NCBI GenBank assembly: GCA_022563855.1
Contig: JADFMN010000005.1
Location: 132,623-196,622 of the forward strand
Reading direction: 5' to 3'
Origin: Armatimonadota bacterium
GTDB lineage: Bacteria > Armatimonadota > Fimbriimonadia > Fimbriimonadales > Fimbriimonadaceae
Length of the DNA stretch: 64,000 nt
The notes beneath the pieces are model-generated. The model did not search any database. It was given only the letters and a program-made list of their open reading frames with translations, and had not been told where the DNA came from. Positions 27,151 to 37,722 of the stretch are shown here, one piece after another (the stretch's first letter is position 1; each line of letters begins with the position of its first letter). Position numbers and translations under genes: made by a program.

Positions 27151-27449
27151 TCTTCCCACTCCTTCTTCACCTCTGTCGCCACGCCGATAGACTCGATCAT
27201 TTCGGCTACAGACACACATCGCTGCTTCTCTGCAAAGTGTACGTGCGCGCTGCCGAATGCATCTGCTTCCCAAGTCTCCATAAACGCTTCCTGAGCGTCG
27301 CAGTCCGTCGATCGGATCAAGATTTCTATGACCTCTTCAAACGTGTTCGTATCGTTGTTGAACATGATGACCGTCCACCGCTGGCTGGAAGCCTCTTGTT
27401 GTGTGGACTCGGGCTCAACTAGCGGTGATTGACTGGCACGATCAGGCAT
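27147..27449 (-). CDS. clpS: ClpS-family adaptor protein (first of tandem pair)
   Basis: WTVIMFNNDTNTFEEVIEILIRSTDCDAQEAFMETWEADAFGSAHV matches the ClpS core. Confidence 0.8.
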   Translation of the reverse strand: MPDRASQSPLVEPESTQQEASSQRWTVIMFNNDTNTFEEVIEILIRSTDCDAQEAFMETWEADAFGSAHVHFAEKQRCVSVAEMIESIGVATEVKKEWED

Positions 27450-27525
27450 AGACGCGGATTCCCTCTCGATCCATTGTACGAAAATTATCAGCGATATGCG
27501 TCTAAAGTCCGGGAATTCCCGCCAT

Positions 27526-29772
27526 TTATTGAGGCGGTCGTGACTGGTCTTGCGGGCATCGGGCCCTCCAAATCACCATAAAGAGGAGCGCCAGGAGTGC
27601 GAATCCGGCCAGGGCCAATCCGCGCTTGAGCCCCGGCGGCACGTACGAGAACACGACTGTGTGCTCGCCTGGGCCGATCTCGACCTCACGCCACAGCCCC
27701 GGAGGTAGGTCGACCGATTCGCCGTCTACCTTGGCGCTCCAACCTGGCATATACCGGTCGCGGACGATAAGCGTGCCAGGGCCTAGCGCACCTACGACCT
27801 GGCCGCTAGCCGTATCGATGTCGATCGACGCCGCCCTCTCGCCGACGTTCGCGCGCCCAGGCCCGTCAAGCAGCTCTTTCTCGACCGTCGCACCTGAGTT
27901 GAACTGGAAACTGCTCAAGCTCCAAATCTCCGTCACGCCGCTGAGCGCTAGCAAGCCTCTGTCGTAGTCGGGCTTGATGAACATGATGTTCCCGTTCGCT
28001 TGTGGCGCCGGATCTTGTCCGTTGATTTCCCTGAGATGGGCAACCGTGTCGCGGTGCAGGAGCGAATCGTAGCCACCCATGTCGTAGAGGCGAAGACCGG
28101 CCGCGACGTTCGGCGGCATCGTCACGGGCCACCCGGTGTTGAGACCCCAGTTTTGATTGATGAACGCGATTCGCGTGTTCGGATCGGGCTCGCCCGCCTC
28201 CCAAGGGTTTGGGCTCGTCGGGATGAGCCGCCACCCGCCGATCACCAACTGCGACAAAACGAGGCATCCTAGCGCAACGTACCGGTATCGGTTGGAAGCG
28301 CCCAACGCAGCAATGGCGAACATCAGACCCAGCGCGATCACGATCTTCGGCGCGGCGGCGAGCAACGCCTGCGACTGAGCGAGTGCGGCCAAGCCCTCGT
28401 ACTCCGGCGCCCACGCTGGCAATGACGACAGCCCGACTGCCGAGACGACTACTGCCAGCACCGCGAGCAGTGCGACGATGCCCGCCCGGCGATAATCCAC
28501 TTTGCGGTTGGCGGCTTCGTCTGGCCATCCGAGCGCGGCGAGCGCGCACATCGCGACGATCAGCAGAACGCCTGCGCGGCCTGGGCTTCCCGTTGCGGAC
28601 CATCCGGGGAAGTAGAAGTAGAGAAGCCGGTTCAACGGCGTGCCAAACGCGAGAAGAGCGCCGACGAAGCCGACGAGCGCGATCCCGCCCGGCAATCGGC
28701 CCTTGAATCGCGCTACGGCACCGAGCACGAGCAACAGAAGCACCGGTCCGAAGTAGATCGAAGAGGTCTCGGCGTAGTTCGCGCCTCGCTTCACGTAGGC
28801 TGGCCAGTAGGTGCCGATCGGGGCGACTGAATCTACGCCGTCCAGCGCCTGCCCTGGCTCGCCGAGCAGCATGGGCGTGACCGACCCGACCAGTTCAAAC
28901 GGCTTGATCGAGGTGCTGACGTAGCCTTGATACCCGTCTCGCGTGGCAACGCCCTTGCGGTGGCTGAACTTGCCGTATTCGAGGACCGGCAGAAGCTGCG
29001 GCGCAGCGAGCATGCCTCCGAGCGCGATAGCGAGAACTGCTACACCTGCCGAGCGTACGGTCTTCCGGTCGCGCCGGAGCGACACCGCGCTCCAACCGAT
29101 AACGCACGCAACGCCGATCACGCCGTACGCGGCAAATTGGAGGTGCCCTCCCAGGATCATCATAGCTACGCAGCCCGCCAGGCAGGCACAGTCCCTAGCC
29201 CGGTTTTTCGCTCGCATCAGCGCGATCGCAAAGTACAGCGCCCAAGGCAGCCAGGCGACGGTCGTCAGGACGCTCGCCAGTCCGACCCAGGACAGGAGGA
29301 ATGGCGAGAGTACGAGCAGGCATCCGCCGGCGACCGCGCCCGTCTCGCTCGCGCCGAGCGCGAGGCTGAGCTTGCGGGATCCGAGCCCAGCGAACGCCAG
29401 ATGAAACCACGCCAGCAGCGTGATGCCGAAAGCGGTGGGGATGTGCAGCAGGCCGATCAAGATGTGCAGAGGGTAGAAGCCGCCGGACTGGCTGTTGGCG
29501 AGCAGCGGCGTGCCCATCAGTTGATACTGGTTCCAGAACGGCGGCTCAAGGTTGCGCCACGCTTCGAACACGAGATCGCGCCACACATAGAACTGTAGAG
29601 CGGCGTCGGCTTGTAGAACGTCCCAAGCCTCCGGCGTCGGCATGCCCGCCATCATCGCGCGAATGTTGTCGAACGGTCCGATCGCTTCGCCAAGCAGGAT
29701 CGATCGCCAAAGAGGAAGAACCGGAAGTAAGACTAGAAGTACACAGGGCCAGCGCTTTCGGAAAAACTCCAT
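27526..29772 (-). CDS. Large polytopic membrane protein, YfhO-like topology (putative GT-C type glycosyltransferase)
   Basis: 748 aa with more than 12 TM helices in the N-terminal two-thirds, then a soluble beta-rich domain and a single C-terminal TM (LALAGFALLALLFMVIW). The family call is by topology only. Confidence 0.5.
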   Translation of the reverse strand: MEFFRKRWPCVLLVLLPVLPLWRSILLGEAIGPFDNIRAMMAGMPTPEAWDVLQADAALQFYVWRDLVFEAWRNLEPPFWNQYQLMGTPLLANSQSGGFYPLHILIGLLHIPTAFGITLLAWFHLAFAGLGSRKLSLALGASETGAVAGGCLLVLSPFLLSWVGLASVLTTVAWLPWALYFAIALMRAKNRARDCACLAGCVAMMILGGHLQFAAYGVIGVACVIGWSAVSLRRDRKTVRSAGVAVLAIALGGMLAAPQLLPVLEYGKFSHRKGVATRDGYQGYVSTSIKPFELVGSVTPMLLGEPGQALDGVDSVAPIGTYWPAYVKRGANYAETSSIYFGPVLLLLVLGAVARFKGRLPGGIALVGFVGALLAFGTPLNRLLYFYFPGWSATGSPGRAGVLLIVAMCALAALGWPDEAANRKVDYRRAGIVALLAVLAVVVSAVGLSSLPAWAPEYEGLAALAQSQALLAAAPKIVIALGLMFAIAALGASNRYRYVALGCLVLSQLVIGGWRLIPTSPNPWEAGEPDPNTRIAFINQNWGLNTGWPVTMPPNVAAGLRLYDMGGYDSLLHRDTVAHLREINGQDPAPQANGNIMFIKPDYDRGLLALSGVTEIWSLSSFQFNSGATVEKELLDGPGRANVGERAASIDIDTASGQVVGALGPGTLIVRDRYMPGWSAKVDGESVDLPPGLWREVEIGPGEHTVVFSYVPPGLKRGLALAGFALLALLFMVIWRARCPQDQSRPPQ

Positions 29773-29787
29773 GCCAGCGACCGTCTC

Positions 29788-30162
29788 CTACGGGCAGAAC
29801 ACGGTCTGTTGCTTCGCCTTCTCGTGGTCAGGATCTTGGCGGAGGACTTCGCGAAACTGCTCGCAGGCCTGCGCCTCCTGTCCAATCATCATGAGCGACA
29901 TCGCATAATCGAATCGCGCGCCAACGTGATTCGGGTTCGCCTCGACCACTGCTTTCAGCGCTTCGATCGAACCGTCGAAATCGCCCTCGAACCCTTTGAT
30001 CAGGCCGAGTTGCCACAGAGTGTCGGCGTGATCCTGATCCGATTCCAGCACTTGGCCAAAAACGTTCTTGGCCTCGCCGTACGCTCCCTCACAGCGAAGC
30101 TGGAAGCCCTTCTCGTAGAGTTCCTTTGCGTCCATAAATGTCGCCGATGCCGAGAAGATCAT
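29788..30162 (-). CDS. Tetratricopeptide-repeat protein
   Basis: Three TPR-like units (YEKGFQLRCEGAYGEAKNVFGQVLESDQDHADTLWQLGLI...GSIEALKAVVEANPNH...). The start may be the internal ATG at 30135. Confidence 0.65.
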   Translation of the reverse strand: MIFSASATFMDAKELYEKGFQLRCEGAYGEAKNVFGQVLESDQDHADTLWQLGLIKGFEGDFDGSIEALKAVVEANPNHVGARFDYAMSLMMIGQEAQACEQFREVLRQDPDHEKAKQQTVFCP

Positions 30163-30198
30163 GATACCGGAAAAAGCACCAAAAACCAGCGACCAAGT

Positions 30199-32151
30199 CT
30201 ACGCCGTACCAGGTTCTAGCTGGTTTGGCTTGACGGTCTGGGAGCCCACTTCAGCCTGTTGCTCGGGTTCTGACTCCGATTCGTCCTTGGAATTGGTCGA
30301 TTCCTCGGCAACCGGGAGCGGCGGAAGCGGTTCGCCGTTCAGCACCGCGAGGAACTCTTCGCGATCCAGCGTTTCACGCTCTAGAAGCGCCTCGGCCACG
30401 GCGTGCAAGGTGTCAAGTTTGCCGTCCAAAAGCTCTGTCGCCCGCGTGTGGCATTCGTCAACGATCCTTCTAACCTCTTCGTCAACGATGCGCGCGACCT
30501 GCTCCGAGTATTCGCGGCCCTCGGAGTAAGTCCGACCGAGGAACGGGTTTCGGCTACCGTGGCCAACCGCCAGCAGGCCGACGCGGTCGCTCATCCCGTA
30601 CTCCGTGACCATGGCTCGCGAAATCGCCGACACTCGCTGCAGATCGTTGGCAGCGCCCGTGGTGATGTCGTCAAAGATCAGCTCTTCAGCGACGCGACCT
30701 CCGAGAAGCGCCGTGATGTCGTCGGTCAGCTCCTGTTTGCCAACGAGGTAACTGTCGGCTTCTGGAATTTGCCAGGTCGAGCCCAAAGACATTCCGCGAG
30801 GAAGAATCGTCACTTTGTGCACGGGGTCGCACTCCTCCAGCAGCTCTCCGACGATCGCGTGTCCGGCCTCGTGATACGCGATCACCTTTCGCTCTTCGTC
30901 GTCGATCAGCCGACTCTTTCTCTCAGGGCCCGCCATGACTCTGTCGAGCGCCTCTTCTATGTCGGCCATATGGATGACCTCGTGATTTCGGCGCGCAGCG
31001 AGCAGCGCAGCTTCGTTGAGAGCGTTAGCAAGGTCCGCACCTGTGAAGCCAGGAGTTCGCTTCGCCATCGTGGCGAGGTTCACGTCGTCCGCCAGCGGTT
31101 TGCCAGCGGCGTGTATCTTCAAAATCGCTTCGCGGCCCACGACGTCAGGCGGGTCGACGACGACCGTCCGGTCGAACCTACCCGGCCTGAGAAGAGCTGG
31201 GTCGAGCACGTCGGGCCTGTTGGTGGCCGCCAGCATGATGACGCCGGCGTTCGCGTCAAATCCGTCCATCTCGACTAGCAGTTGGTTGAGCGTCTGCTCC
31301 CGCTCGTCGTGGCCGCCGCCCATTCCCGCGCCGCGCTGTCGTCCAACCGCGTCGATCTCATCGACGAAGATCAGACAAGGGCGATGCGCCTTGGCCGTCT
31401 CGAACAGATCGCGAACCCTTGCCGCGCCCACACCGACGAACATCTCGACGAAGTCCGATCCGCTGATATGGAAGAACGGCACGCCAGCCTCGCCGGCGAT
31501 CGCCCGGGCAAGATGGGTTTTCCCAACTCCGGGAGGGCCCGTGAGAAGGATGCCTTTCGGGATTTTCGCGCCGAGCGCAACGTACTTCTTCGTGTTCTTC
31601 AGAAAGTCTACGATCTCAGCCAGCTCCGAGGTCGCCTCGTCGATGCCAGCTACGTCGTCGAACGTCACCTTCGGATGCTGTTCGCCGACCCTTCTAGCCT
31701 TGCTCCTGCCAAAGCTCATGGCTTGGTTGCCACCCTGCTGCGCCGGGCGGATCAGGAAAAAGTAGAAGAACCCGATGATCAGGATCATAGGAATGAGGAA
31801 CACCAGGAACTGCGATATTGAGTGGATGAACGGCGGATCCTTGATATTGACTTTGACGCCGTTGGCGCTGAGCTTCTGGAACAGATCGCGGCCAATCTGG
31901 GTGTCGGATTGTACTGCCTGAACGACGTACTTCTTGCCGTTCTGCAGCTCGCCGCTGATCTTCTTGACCTGCCAGTCTGCGGTCTTGACGTTCTTGTTCT
32001 CGACCTCTGTCGTAAACTCGGACAGCGCAAGTTCCTGCGGTCTTGCACCGGTAAGATTCAGCGATCCTCCACGTCCTGATAGGCTGATCACGACGAATAC
32101 GCCGATCATGATCAATACTGCTATGAAAAGAGTCCGAGCACCTTTGTTCAA
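30199..32151 (-). CDS. ftsH: ATP-dependent zinc metalloprotease FtsH
   Basis: Walker [15 protein letters not shown] region, zinc motif HEAGHAIV and two N-terminal TM helices. Confidence 0.95.
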   Translation of the reverse strand: MNKGARTLFIAVLIMIGVFVVISLSGRGGSLNLTGARPQELALSEFTTEVENKNVKTADWQVKKISGELQNGKKYVVQAVQSDTQIGRDLFQKLSANGVKVNIKDPPFIHSISQFLVFLIPMILIIGFFYFFLIRPAQQGGNQAMSFGRSKARRVGEQHPKVTFDDVAGIDEATSELAEIVDFLKNTKKYVALGAKIPKGILLTGPPGVGKTHLARAIAGEAGVPFFHISGSDFVEMFVGVGAARVRDLFETAKAHRPCLIFVDEIDAVGRQRGAGMGGGHDEREQTLNQLLVEMDGFDANAGVIMLAATNRPDVLDPALLRPGRFDRTVVVDPPDVVGREAILKIHAAGKPLADDVNLATMAKRTPGFTGADLANALNEAALLAARRNHEVIHMADIEEALDRVMAGPERKSRLIDDEERKVIAYHEAGHAIVGELLEECDPVHKVTILPRGMSLGSTWQIPEADSYLVGKQELTDDITALLGGRVAEELIFDDITTGAANDLQRVSAISRAMVTEYGMSDRVGLLAVGHGSRNPFLGRTYSEGREYSEQVARIVDEEVRRIVDECHTRATELLDGKLDTLHAVAEALLERETLDREEFLAVLNGEPLPPLPVAEESTNSKDESESEPEQQAEVGSQTVKPNQLEPGTA

Positions 32152-32232
32152 ATGCGTTTCCTTACAGTTCTGGCGAACCTACTGTCTTGCCTACGTTGCA
32201 TTAGGGGTTGCCGTTCCGTTATTATGACCGTT

Positions 32233-33612
32233 TCAGCCTCTCGCCGATTCGAGTCTGAGGCTGATGCACTGGTCAGATTCCGGTCGAACCTTACAGCGCT
32301 CGGCCAAACATCCGCCCGGCACCCAAATTGGGCCGTCCGAATCGCAGACGATCGGCAGCCGCTCTCGAGCCGCGAGGGTGAGATGCATCTCACCAAAAAC
32401 CTCGCTCACTCTCTTGCTGCCGCCCAAACCCAGCGGCTCGATGCGGTCGCCCTCTTCATATGATCGGGCGGACAGGCCTCCATTTACACTGCTGGCATCG
32501 ATGACTGCGTCGAGGCTCGCCCTCGGACGCAAGAAGTCCTGGCAGTCTCCAGGCTCAGAAACCACCCGCCAGCCGAAACGATCACTAGTCGCCTCGCCCG
32601 ACTCGGCCAAGGGGAGGTTGAACGACGCCCCAAGGGGCAGCTGCCGGATGTGCACCAGCGAATCGTCCCACTCGGCTACGACCTCGCCCCCTTTGGCGGT
32701 GACGGCTCCGCTAGTTCCGTTGAATACGCCGTCGACGATCGCGTTCGTCTGTTGCCGATCGTACTCTGCGCCCAGACTGCCCGCCGCGAGGCGCAGCGCG
32801 CGCGTGAGCAGCGCACGAGGAACAGTCATGAGCTTCTGCGTATCGAACGCCACTTCGGCGTCGACCGTGAGGAATCGCAAGTCGCCGTTCAGCAGATGTT
32901 CGCTCTGTTCAAGCGCGGCGACGGCCAATCCGTTGAGCAGGCGATCCTCTTCGCCCGCCTGTTTGGCGAGTTCGACGATGTGCCTCTTTGTCGCGGGGTT
33001 AACCCCTTCAAGCAGCGGAATCACCTGGTGGCGCACGACCGTTCTGCTGTTGGCGGGGTCAACGTTGGCCGGGTCATCGTGAAACCAGAACTTGTGCTTC
33101 TCGCAATGCTCGCGCGCTTCGCTTCGTGAAAACTCGATGAGCGGTCGCACGATGTTCTCCCTTTGGCGCGGAATCCCCGACAGGCCGGCCAGCCCGGTAC
33201 CGCGGACGAGGTTGAGGATGACGGTTTCGACCAAGTCGTCAGCCGTATGGGCCGTCGCGATCAAGTCTGCGCCGGTTCTGGCGAGAACTTCGTCGAAAAA
33301 CCGGTACCTTGCGATCCGTCCTGCCTCTTCGAGCCCGATCTTCAAGTCCTTCGCGAGCGCGGGCACGTCTGCGTCGCCACCGGCAAAGCTGACGCCGAGA
33401 TCGTCGGCGAAACCCCTGCATCGCGCCGCTTCGTCCTGCGCGGCCTCACGCATCCCGTGGTTGAGATGCGCTGCGATGCAGTCGATTCCAGCAAGCGTCA
33501 TCAGATGTAGCAGACAGGTTGAATCTGCACCACCGCTGTACCCCACGACGACCCTCGCTCCCTCTGGAACGAGACCGCTGTCAGAAAGGGCTTTCTGAAA
33601 TCGCTCAAGCAT
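32233..33612 (-). CDS. tilS: tRNA(Ile)-lysidine synthase
   Basis: PP-loop VVVGYSGGADSTCLL. The preferred start ATG at 33612 (MLERFQKAL...) avoids overlap with divergent mgtE. The conserved tilS-ftsH neighbourhood is present. Confidence 0.85.
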   Translation of the reverse strand: MLERFQKALSDSGLVPEGARVVVGYSGGADSTCLLHLMTLAGIDCIAAHLNHGMREAAQDEAARCRGFADDLGVSFAGGDADVPALAKDLKIGLEEAGRIARYRFFDEVLARTGADLIATAHTADDLVETVILNLVRGTGLAGLSGIPRQRENIVRPLIEFSRSEAREHCEKHKFWFHDDPANVDPANSRTVVRHQVIPLLEGVNPATKRHIVELAKQAGEEDRLLNGLAVAALEQSEHLLNGDLRFLTVDAEVAFDTQKLMTVPRALLTRALRLAAGSLGAEYDRQQTNAIVDGVFNGTSGAVTAKGGEVVAEWDDSLVHIRQLPLGASFNLPLAESGEATSDRFGWRVVSEPGDCQDFLRPRASLDAVIDASSVNGGLSARSYEEGDRIEPLGLGGSKRVSEVFGEMHLTLAARERLPIVCDSDGPIWVPGGCLAERCKVRPESDQCISLRLESARG

Positions 33613-33701
33613 CCCCGAGATTCTACCGGCGGATTCTCGAAGAGGCGGAATCAAACGCCTTCGGCGGATGTGCCAATGTGACCTATCGAGGTCGGTCGAA
33701 C

Positions 33702-35060
33702 ATGAAAAAGACAGCCAGTCCATTTGAGCGGATTTTAGATCTGCTTGACGAAGAGAACGATTCCCAGTTGCGCACGGAGCTGGCGGGAATGCGATCTGAA
33801 GACATCGCGGACGCCGTCGAACGGATCAGCCCGGAGCAGGGCGGGCAACTGCTCGGCCTGATGAGCGACGACCTTGCAGGGCAGGTGCTCGTCGACGCAT
33901 CGGACGAAAGCATGCGCGTACTTCTGCCAGCGATCTCGGACGACACCCTGGCGCGCATTCTCGATGTTCTGCCGATGGATGACGCAGCTGACCTGCTTGA
34001 AGAGATCGGCGAAGATCGCTTCGAGCAACTGCTGGGAATGATCCCGGCTGAAGACGCGGGGGAGATAGAGCGACTGCTTGCTTACCCGGACGCCAGCGTC
34101 GCTCGCGAGATGACCGAGCACTTTTTTCGCGTCCGTGTGGACAACACGATGGCGGAGGTCCTTGAGGACTTGAGGCAGGCGCCGGAGGAGAAATACGAAA
34201 CCGTCAACGACATTTACGTGCTGGACGACGACAGCAGGCTCGAGGGCATTTTCAGCCTGCGCAAGGGTCTGCGGGCCGCACAGGACATCCCTGTAGCGGA
34301 GCTCATGAATCGCGACGTCGTGAGCGTGTCGGTGCTCGAGAGCGCAGAGGACGCGGCGAGGCGGATGGCGCGGTACGGGTACTACTCGCTGCCGGTACTC
34401 GAAGAAGACGGCCGCATGGTCGGCCTATTCACGGGAGACGACGCCCAGGAGGTGATCGAGGAAGCGGACACCGAGGACCACCTGCGCTTGGGCGCCGTCG
34501 GCGGACCTGCAGATTCGTACATGTCGCTCAACGTTTGGCAGCTCGCCAAACGCAGGCTGCCTTGGCTCGGCGCACTGTTCGTCGCGGAGACGTTCACCGG
34601 AGCCGTCATGCGGCATTACGGTCACGACGAGAGAATGGGCTTGGTGCCGTTGACGTTTTTCATCCCGCTCCTTCTTGGGGCTGGCGGAAACGCCGGTGCG
34701 CAGGTCACAACGACCCTCACGCGCTCTCTGGCGCTCGGCGACGTACAGTTCAAGGACTGGTTCACGATCCTGCGCAAGGAGGCTCTCACTGCCATCCTGA
34801 TCGGTGGCACGCTCGGGGCAATCGGCTACCTGAGGGCGCGTTTCGGCTGGCACACGTCGCTCGACCTCTCGCTGGTTATCGCCCTAGCGCTCCCAGCGAT
34901 CGTGTTCTGGGCGGCCGTCGTCGGCTCCTTGCTGCCGATAGGCGCGAAGCGGCTCGGGATCGATCCGGCTGTCATGAGCGCTCCGGTCATCACGACCTTC
35001 GTGGATGCGACGGGCCTCGTGATCTACTTCGAGATCGCCCGACAAATTGTGAGCGCATGA
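33702..35060 (+). CDS. mgtE: Magnesium transporter MgtE
   Basis: ATG at 33702 (MKKTASPFERILDLL). It has the MgtE N-domain, tandem CBS domains and a C-terminal TM domain (PLLLGAGGNAGAQ...DATGLVIYF). Confidence 0.9.
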   Translation: MKKTASPFERILDLLDEENDSQLRTELAGMRSEDIADAVERISPEQGGQLLGLMSDDLAGQVLVDASDESMRVLLPAISDDTLARILDVLPMDDAADLLEEIGEDRFEQLLGMIPAEDAGEIERLLAYPDASVAREMTEHFFRVRVDNTMAEVLEDLRQAPEEKYETVNDIYVLDDDSRLEGIFSLRKGLRAAQDIPVAELMNRDVVSVSVLESAEDAARRMARYGYYSLPVLEEDGRMVGLFTGDDAQEVIEEADTEDHLRLGAVGGPADSYMSLNVWQLAKRRLPWLGALFVAETFTGAVMRHYGHDERMGLVPLTFFIPLLLGAGGNAGAQVTTTLTRSLALGDVQFKDWFTILRKEALTAILIGGTLGAIGYLRARFGWHTSLDLSLVIALALPAIVFWAAVVGSLLPIGAKRLGIDPAVMSAPVITTFVDATGLVIYFEIARQIVSA

Positions 35061-35188
35061 CTCGTAGCCAATAGTCCATTAACGGAAAAAACTAGCTTGA
35101 AACCTGAACCCCGGCGGTTCGTGGCACCATTATAGTTAGTAGCGACGTACTTTGTAGTAAGGGCACGGCGCACGGAAAGGACACATAT

Positions 35189-36451
35189 ATGAGGTTCAGC
35201 ACACTCTTTCGCATGACGCTGGCGACGGTGGTCGCTTCGTTGATCGCAACCCTGGCGTTCGCGCAGTCCGAAGGCGAAGCCCAGCAGGACAAGGTTTCTG
35301 AACGCGAAAAGGAGCGTGTGCTCACGGCGATGGAGAGAGTGATCACGCGAATGGCGTACGTGCCAGGAGTGGACTTCGGCGAATGGCCCACGATGATCGA
35401 GGAGTACCGCGAGCAGATAGACGAAGCGACTACGCGCGGCGAATTTGTCACGGAGGTGAATCGGGCGTTGCAGAACTTCGGGTTCAGCCACATCGTCCTG
35501 TTCTCTCCACAGTCGGCGCAGCGGCGATTCCAGCAGGAGATGGTCGGAATCGGCGTGCGGATTCAGCAGGAGGAGAACGGAATTCGCGTCGTGCGCGTGT
35601 TCGAAGACGGCGCAGCGGCGAAGGAGGGCGTCCGTGTTGGCGACCTGCTGTTCGAAGCGGACGGAAAACCAATCCGGGGGCCGCTAGACTTGGCTGGAGA
35701 GGAAGGCGAGCCAGTTACGGTGAAGATCAACAGGGACGGCGAGATATTGGAGAAGACCCTCGTGCGAAAGAAGTTCTCGCTGATCATCCCGGAAGAGCTG
35801 AAGTGGGTGGAAGATAACGTCGCCCATCTGATCGTTCCGTCTTTCGATGTGAGCTATGATCGTAAGCGTCTGCAAGGGTTCATCGCGGAGGCCAACGACG
35901 CGGAAATGATTATCCTCGACCTGCGTGGCAACGGTGGTGGGCGCGTCGCAAACCTCTTGCACCTAGCGAGCTTCTTCCTTCATCGCGAAGAGCCGCTCGG
36001 CACTTTCATCGACCGGACGATGGAAGCAAAGTATCTGGAGGACACCGGCGAAGAGGCGAAGGATATTTTTGCCATCGCTGAGTGGAGCACACAAAAGGTG
36101 CGACCGCTCAAACGGAACATCGAACCGTTCGACGGGGAAATCGTCGTGCTGGTCGACGGCGCATCCGCCAGCGCGTCCGAGATGATGGCCGCAGCGCTCC
36201 GAGATCATCGCGGGGCTCAAATCATCGGGTCTCGCACCGCTGGAGCCGTACTGGCATCGATGATGCAAAGGCTGGTGAACGGATACTTGCTGCAGTTCCC
36301 CTTGACTGATTACGTGACGCTCTCTGGGCTGCGAATCGAGGGGAACGGCCTTGAGCCGTCTATCGCAGCGCCGCCTCACCGTTTCGGCGAGCCAGACAAC
36401 GGCGTCGAACAGGCTCTAAAGTGGTTCAACAACAGGCGCGTGGCCGCTTAG
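35189..36451 (+). CDS. S41-family peptidase with PDZ domain (exported)
   Basis: Signal peptide. PDZ GIGVRIQQEENGIRVVRVFEDGAAAKEGVRVGDLL. IILDLRGNGGG and VVLVDGASASASEMMAAAL are S41 motifs. Confidence 0.8.
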   Translation: MRFSTLFRMTLATVVASLIATLAFAQSEGEAQQDKVSEREKERVLTAMERVITRMAYVPGVDFGEWPTMIEEYREQIDEATTRGEFVTEVNRALQNFGFSHIVLFSPQSAQRRFQQEMVGIGVRIQQEENGIRVVRVFEDGAAAKEGVRVGDLLFEADGKPIRGPLDLAGEEGEPVTVKINRDGEILEKTLVRKKFSLIIPEELKWVEDNVAHLIVPSFDVSYDRKRLQGFIAEANDAEMIILDLRGNGGGRVANLLHLASFFLHREEPLGTFIDRTMEAKYLEDTGEEAKDIFAIAEWSTQKVRPLKRNIEPFDGEIVVLVDGASASASEMMAAALRDHRGAQIIGSRTAGAVLASMMQRLVNGYLLQFPLTDYVTLSGLRIEGNGLEPSIAAPPHRFGEPDNGVEQALKWFNNRRVAA

Positions 36452-37719
36452 CGGGTCCGTGAGAGCAGAACCGTCGCGTCGGACCATTTCGTTCCGGCCG
36501 GGATCGGAATAGTCGTTTTGGAAGCGCTATTCGGTGCTGGCAGATATCGAAAACGTTGCTCGCCGAGCACACGAGGTCGGTCTGACTCCACGTCGATCGT
36601 TTGGCTGCTGATCACCATGCCCGTGTCGTTCCTATAAATCAGATTGATCTCCCGACCTTGCCCCTCGGCGGTCAGCATCGTACACTCGTTGCCGTCGATC
36701 TTGATCGAGCCGGACACGCGTACTTTCTGGCCGTCGCCGAGCCACTTTCTGTACGGATTTGCGTTCGTCACTATCAACTTTGCGGATGGATCTACCCTCG
36801 TTCCCATATTTCCGATCACGTCGATCACTTCGCGGAAGTTGAGCTTTGCACTGAGGTATCTGCCGGACTGGAGTACGTGGATGCGCAACGTCGTCCCGTC
36901 GTAGCTCCAGTCGAGAGTTTCATCCTGCTGGCGAATGTCGTTGCCGTTGATCCAAACAGAAACCATTGCGCCGTCGGAGACGACTTCGTATGCGATCTTA
37001 GTCAGCTCGTCATATGCGGCGAAGAGCTTCACCGTCTTCTCTTCGGCGTCCTTGTTCGCGTATGTCGGCGGTCTGACGCCCGGATCAAACGTTGGAATGC
37101 GATACGCGCCTTCTGGCGGCACGAACTCCAGCCGCCCAGCCGGGGTCGTGAAATCGAACGACCAGTCAAGATCGCTCCCGTCCGTCCTGAACTCCATCTT
37201 CGACAGCAGGAAGGTCTTGCGATCTGCGTGCACGGAGATCCTGCCGCCCTGTCCTTCGTGGTTGAGCACGATCTCTCCACGGACGTTCGATCGAGTCCAA
37301 TCGTTGAACTGGAACTTTCCCTGGAACCACTCGGAGACGCCGTCTGGATCCAGAATTGCATAGACGATCCCCTCAAGGGTGTCATCGACCGTCTTCAAAC
37401 GCGCGCCGAGCGTCCCTCCTGTCGGCAAATCAGCGACGACGTACTGCATAAGATCGGCGAGGAAGAACGTGCTGTGCCTAGAATCCACAGCGATCTGTCG
37501 AACGCCGGTTCCGGGATTCTGATCAACGACGACGCGCGCCCGATCCGGTCTCGAGTAATGAATCTCGAATTTTGACGAGTAGATCTCGCCCTGCTGGCTG
37601 TGACTCATTACCGCGCTTACCGTCGCCGAGTCCAGCAGCGCGTGACTCCGGCCAACGCGTCCGAGAGCCAGGCTGCCGGGCGAGGAGACTGCTAGGACGA
37701 TTGAGGCGGCGGCGAACAT
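36448..37719 (-). CDS. Hypothetical exported protein (last gene of the ABC/oxidoreductase operon)
   Basis: 423 aa with signal-like MFAAASIVLAVSSPGSLALG. Beta-rich, no family recognised. Sits 3 nt downstream of the permease gene. Confidence 0.55.
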   Translation of the reverse strand: MFAAASIVLAVSSPGSLALGRVGRSHALLDSATVSAVMSHSQQGEIYSSKFEIHYSRPDRARVVVDQNPGTGVRQIAVDSRHSTFFLADLMQYVVADLPTGGTLGARLKTVDDTLEGIVYAILDPDGVSEWFQGKFQFNDWTRSNVRGEIVLNHEGQGGRISVHADRKTFLLSKMEFRTDGSDLDWSFDFTTPAGRLEFVPPEGAYRIPTFDPGVRPPTYANKDAEEKTVKLFAAYDELTKIAYEVVSDGAMVSVWINGNDIRQQDETLDWSYDGTTLRIHVLQSGRYLSAKLNFREVIDVIGNMGTRVDPSAKLIVTNANPYRKWLGDGQKVRVSGSIKIDGNECTMLTAEGQGREINLIYRNDTGMVISSQTIDVESDRPRVLGEQRFRYLPAPNSASKTTIPIPAGTKWSDATVLLSRTR

Positions 37720-37722
37720 GCG

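Noticed and set aside
33613-33701. M-box (Mg2+) riboswitch upstream of mgtE
   Set aside because: Only about 90 nt separate divergent tilS and mgtE, too short for an M-box aptamer of roughly 160 nt. I could not recognise its conserved segments.
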